NCBI RefSeq assembly: GCF_033153115.1
Contig: NW_026889767.1
Coordinates: forward strand, 4,774,001 to 4,838,000
Source: Saccostrea echinata
Lineage: Eukaryota
DNA: 64,000 bases
Direction: 5' to 3'
Of the stretch, positions 61,001-64,000 are shown one piece after another. A model generated the notes under the pieces. The model was not told the origin of the DNA. It saw nothing but the letters and a program-made list of their open reading frames with translations, and ran no database searches. Made by a program: the position numbers and the translations under genes. The first letter of the stretch is position 1, and every line of letters starts with the position of its first letter.

Positions 61001-62127
61001 TATAGTAATTTTGTTTTGCACAGAATATATCTTGGTAGATTCTTTATTTAGCATCATTGAATTAAAGTGTTGTGTTTTAGAGCTCTAAATAAATAGGTCA
61101 GTGGTGAAATTCCCTGGCTCGGGTATCCCAGGAAACTGGCATCTTAATCAGTTTTTTCTCACAAACATCACGTACCGCACTTGAACAAAGCAAATGTGAT
61201 TGTTAATGAAGGCAAGAATTTTAACCATTGAAATGTAAGTATAGTTGTTATAGCGTGGACCCCGAGGTACACGCAGAAAACATATATATATGGGGTTAAA
61301 CCGGATGCCATGGGCTTACCTCAGGTTACGCATGTGCGAAAAATGCTAGGCATTTCGTTCCTTGGACAACTTGCCCTTAGGACAATTCGCACAAGCACTA
61401 TTCGAATTAGAACTCGCCAATCATTGGCAAACCTATCTTAAAATCTGTACATCATATTATTAATTCATTACCGTATCCAAGATCAGAATCTACTCATTTA
61501 TACATATATTCTTAAACGTAAACAAAACATATTTTACTTAAGTTATGTAATGGAAAATTCAAGATCGGGGGTTTCAAAGGAACAGGCATTTTAAAAAGGA
61601 GGAAGAATTTAGATGCATTTACAGCATCAATTAAAAACTTTATGCAACGATTAAGCTTTAGAGCAACATAAGATGCATTTTTGAGAATTTTATTTTGCTG
61701 TTAAAATTTGTTGTTATGATAAATTTGTATGTCATTTAAACATTTCTAATCAATTAGACAGAAATAAAGTATGAAATGAAATTGTTTCAGAATAAAGGCT
61801 CTGTACAATTAAATATGTAGCATTATATAAGATATCAATATTGTACATGACGACATATGAACAACATTATGTTATATATAAACGTTTTTTTTTTGTCATT
61901 GAAATAGTTAATCACAATTTTGCAACAAAAATTGCTGACATCAAAGTTGCAGTTCGTATTGCTCTAAAAGATAGATCAGTCTTCACCGGCATCAGTTTTG
62001 TACACCCAGTTTCGTAGGACGCAATTTCATTGGGAAGGGGGGGGGGGGCTAACAAATTCTTTCAAAGAAAAAAATCTGATGTTTCTTGATAGGGTTCGAC
62101 CGTAAAGGAGCTTAGATTTCTAATGTA

Positions 62128-63198
62128 CGAGGGTTGTTCGGAAAGTTCGTGGACTATGCCAATCTTCGTGATACTATCTTCAAGAAATTTAAAATGAACA
62201 CATAATCATATGTAAAAATATTTATTTTGTTTAATTGTGAAGTTTCATTCCATGTGATTTTATAGAATTTTTGTTATTTATAATTTTAAAATCAACACGT
62301 TTTGTAACCACGGAGCAAACTCAACAACACTGTAACGTCAAAAACATACCGACACGAGGTTCTCAAAAATACTATCCCTGTACATTTCACACAGTATTGC
62401 CCAACACCAGTACACTCATTAAAAACTTTTCTCTGTCACTTCACATCTATTATGCTAACAATTGTTCCAGTAGCATCATTTTGTTTGTCAGTGTTATATT
62501 TTTTTCACTGCATAAGTGTGCTTTCACAAGATCGATCAGCATCTGTGAAGCGCCAAACTCTTAGCTTGACGTTATTAACTTTTCAATGTTTTTGATAAGA
62601 TTTTTACGGATAATCCGTTTTCTCACAGATCACCATCGTCTAAGCAGTAGTCTATCATTCAAACACCTCTTGTACCATGTACACACACATGCATGGTTCG
62701 CTTTTGACATATTTCCTACTCCTCCGGCATTTTCAGAATTTTTTTCTGGAGTTTTCGAGAGTACAACACAAAATTGTATGGTTAACTGCTGCTCTGTGAC
62801 GTTCTACGACGTCATCTTTGTTGCCCTTTTCAATGAGGACTACCTATCTTCTGTACTTGATTTCTTTTCAACGAAACAAAATATTAAGTCATAATTTGGA
62901 ATCAAAAACGATGAAACAATTCCTAATTTGAACGTGTAGAATTTTCCGTTTTTGTGACATTTTACAGAAGATATGACTTCAGACATTATCTTGATTGTAA
63001 ATTGCAAAATTTTGGCCTGCTTCGTGATCCGATTTTCGCATTTTTTAAGTCTAAATAAGTTTGAAATAAACCACGATATTAAAAAAAAAAATTAATACAC
63101 ATCATTTGAATTTACTGTTGAAATATTTCTTCCAATATACTATAACGTTAAGTAAAAAAGTTATGAGGGTAGTCCACGAACTTTCCGAACAACCCTCT
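62128..63198 (-). mobile_element. Internally deleted mariner-like transposon
   Basis: TIR cgagggttgttcggaaagttcgtggacta with TA on both sides. A minus-strand relic EQQLTIQFCVVLSKTP...VCTWYKR resembles the mariner N-terminal HTH; no DDD domain seen. Confidence 0.85.
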
Positions 63199-63480
63199 TA
63201 TAGTTTATATCGGCAAAAAGAATATTGGGGGGCACACCTGTAAATAACCTTCGTTTCCTATAGTAAAGAATATATATCCTAGCAAACCTATTGGGAAAGG
63301 GGGGTAGCCCCACCCTCCGGGTTCTCGGGTTCTACAGCCCTGGCATCATATGTAATCTTCAACAGAGATGTCTCCTCTCTCAAGGAGAAAAATACTGTTG
63401 AAAACTGGACAATATTTAAAAATCTGAGCTCGAACAAAATAGTTGGGGTATAAATAAATGACCCCATTTAAAGGACAAGG

Positions 63481-63821
63481 CCACAGGTGCTTGAGGACAG
63501 GACCCAGCCCCCCAACCCCCTCTCGATATTGACCCCTTGGCCGTTTCGACTTTTTTCTCATAAATAATCTTTCAATGTCATATTCGAAAAAATTCCCCAA
63601 AACAAACATTTAATATAAATGTCTACTCACTCTGTATGTAAATTTATATAGAGAGAGTGGGTAGAATTTATTTATAAAATGTTAGTTTTATGTAATTTTC
63701 GAATTGATGGTATGGAATATATAACAAATATGACACTGAAAGATAATTTATGAGAAAAAAAAGTCGAAACGGCCCGGGAGTCGGACGGGGGGGGGGGGGT
63801 CCTGTCCTCAAGCACCTGTGG
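63481..63821. mobile_element. Foldback-like MITE
   Basis: ccacaggtgcttgaggacaggaccc...ccgtttcgacttttttctcataaat mirrored by atttatgagaaaaaaaagtcgaaacgg...gggtcctgtcctcaagcacctgtgg. Confidence 0.85.
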
Positions 63822-64000
63822 TCAAGGCTACATTGAGTATACAATGAACTCCTTGATCAAGTATTGATATCCAGGACCGGCTTCTGTCATTCGTTATTAC
63901 AGCTTTAGTAATTGGATTTAAACGATGAATTATAATGAAAAAATTACATGTTTCAAGATAAGGCCAATTTTAAAATAAAGTTTGCTTGCCCTCTCCCGAC

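Overview
AT-rich, intron- and transposon-rich animal DNA. The repeat families and gene content suggest an ostreid bivalve (inference). Main contents: (1) the 3' end of a small hydrophobic, Cys-containing protein gene at 1-185 (+). (2) A complete cytosolic aconitase / iron regulatory protein gene (ACO1/IRP) on the minus strand, ATG at 19496 to TGA at 1926. It has 22 constitutive coding exons that I spliced by hand into an 893-aa ORF. An extra 144-nt, frame-preserving exon at 13756-13899, absent from the ORF track, encodes a homologue of the Cys-rich insert normally regarded as specific to vertebrate IRP2 (PNPGGG...CxxC...CPFH). The rest of the protein keeps IRP1-type aconitase active-site residues. 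This is the main finding. (3) A 3-exon gene at 47519-53723 (+) with DZIP3-like HEPN, nSTAND3-type NTPase and ankyrin domains, i.e. an NLR-like architecture, interrupted by one in-frame TGA. (4) Three decayed Naiad-type Penelope-like retroelement copies, several Helentron/HINE-like elements, many MITEs, tRNA-derived SINEs, a deleted mariner, local duplications and a 179-N gap.
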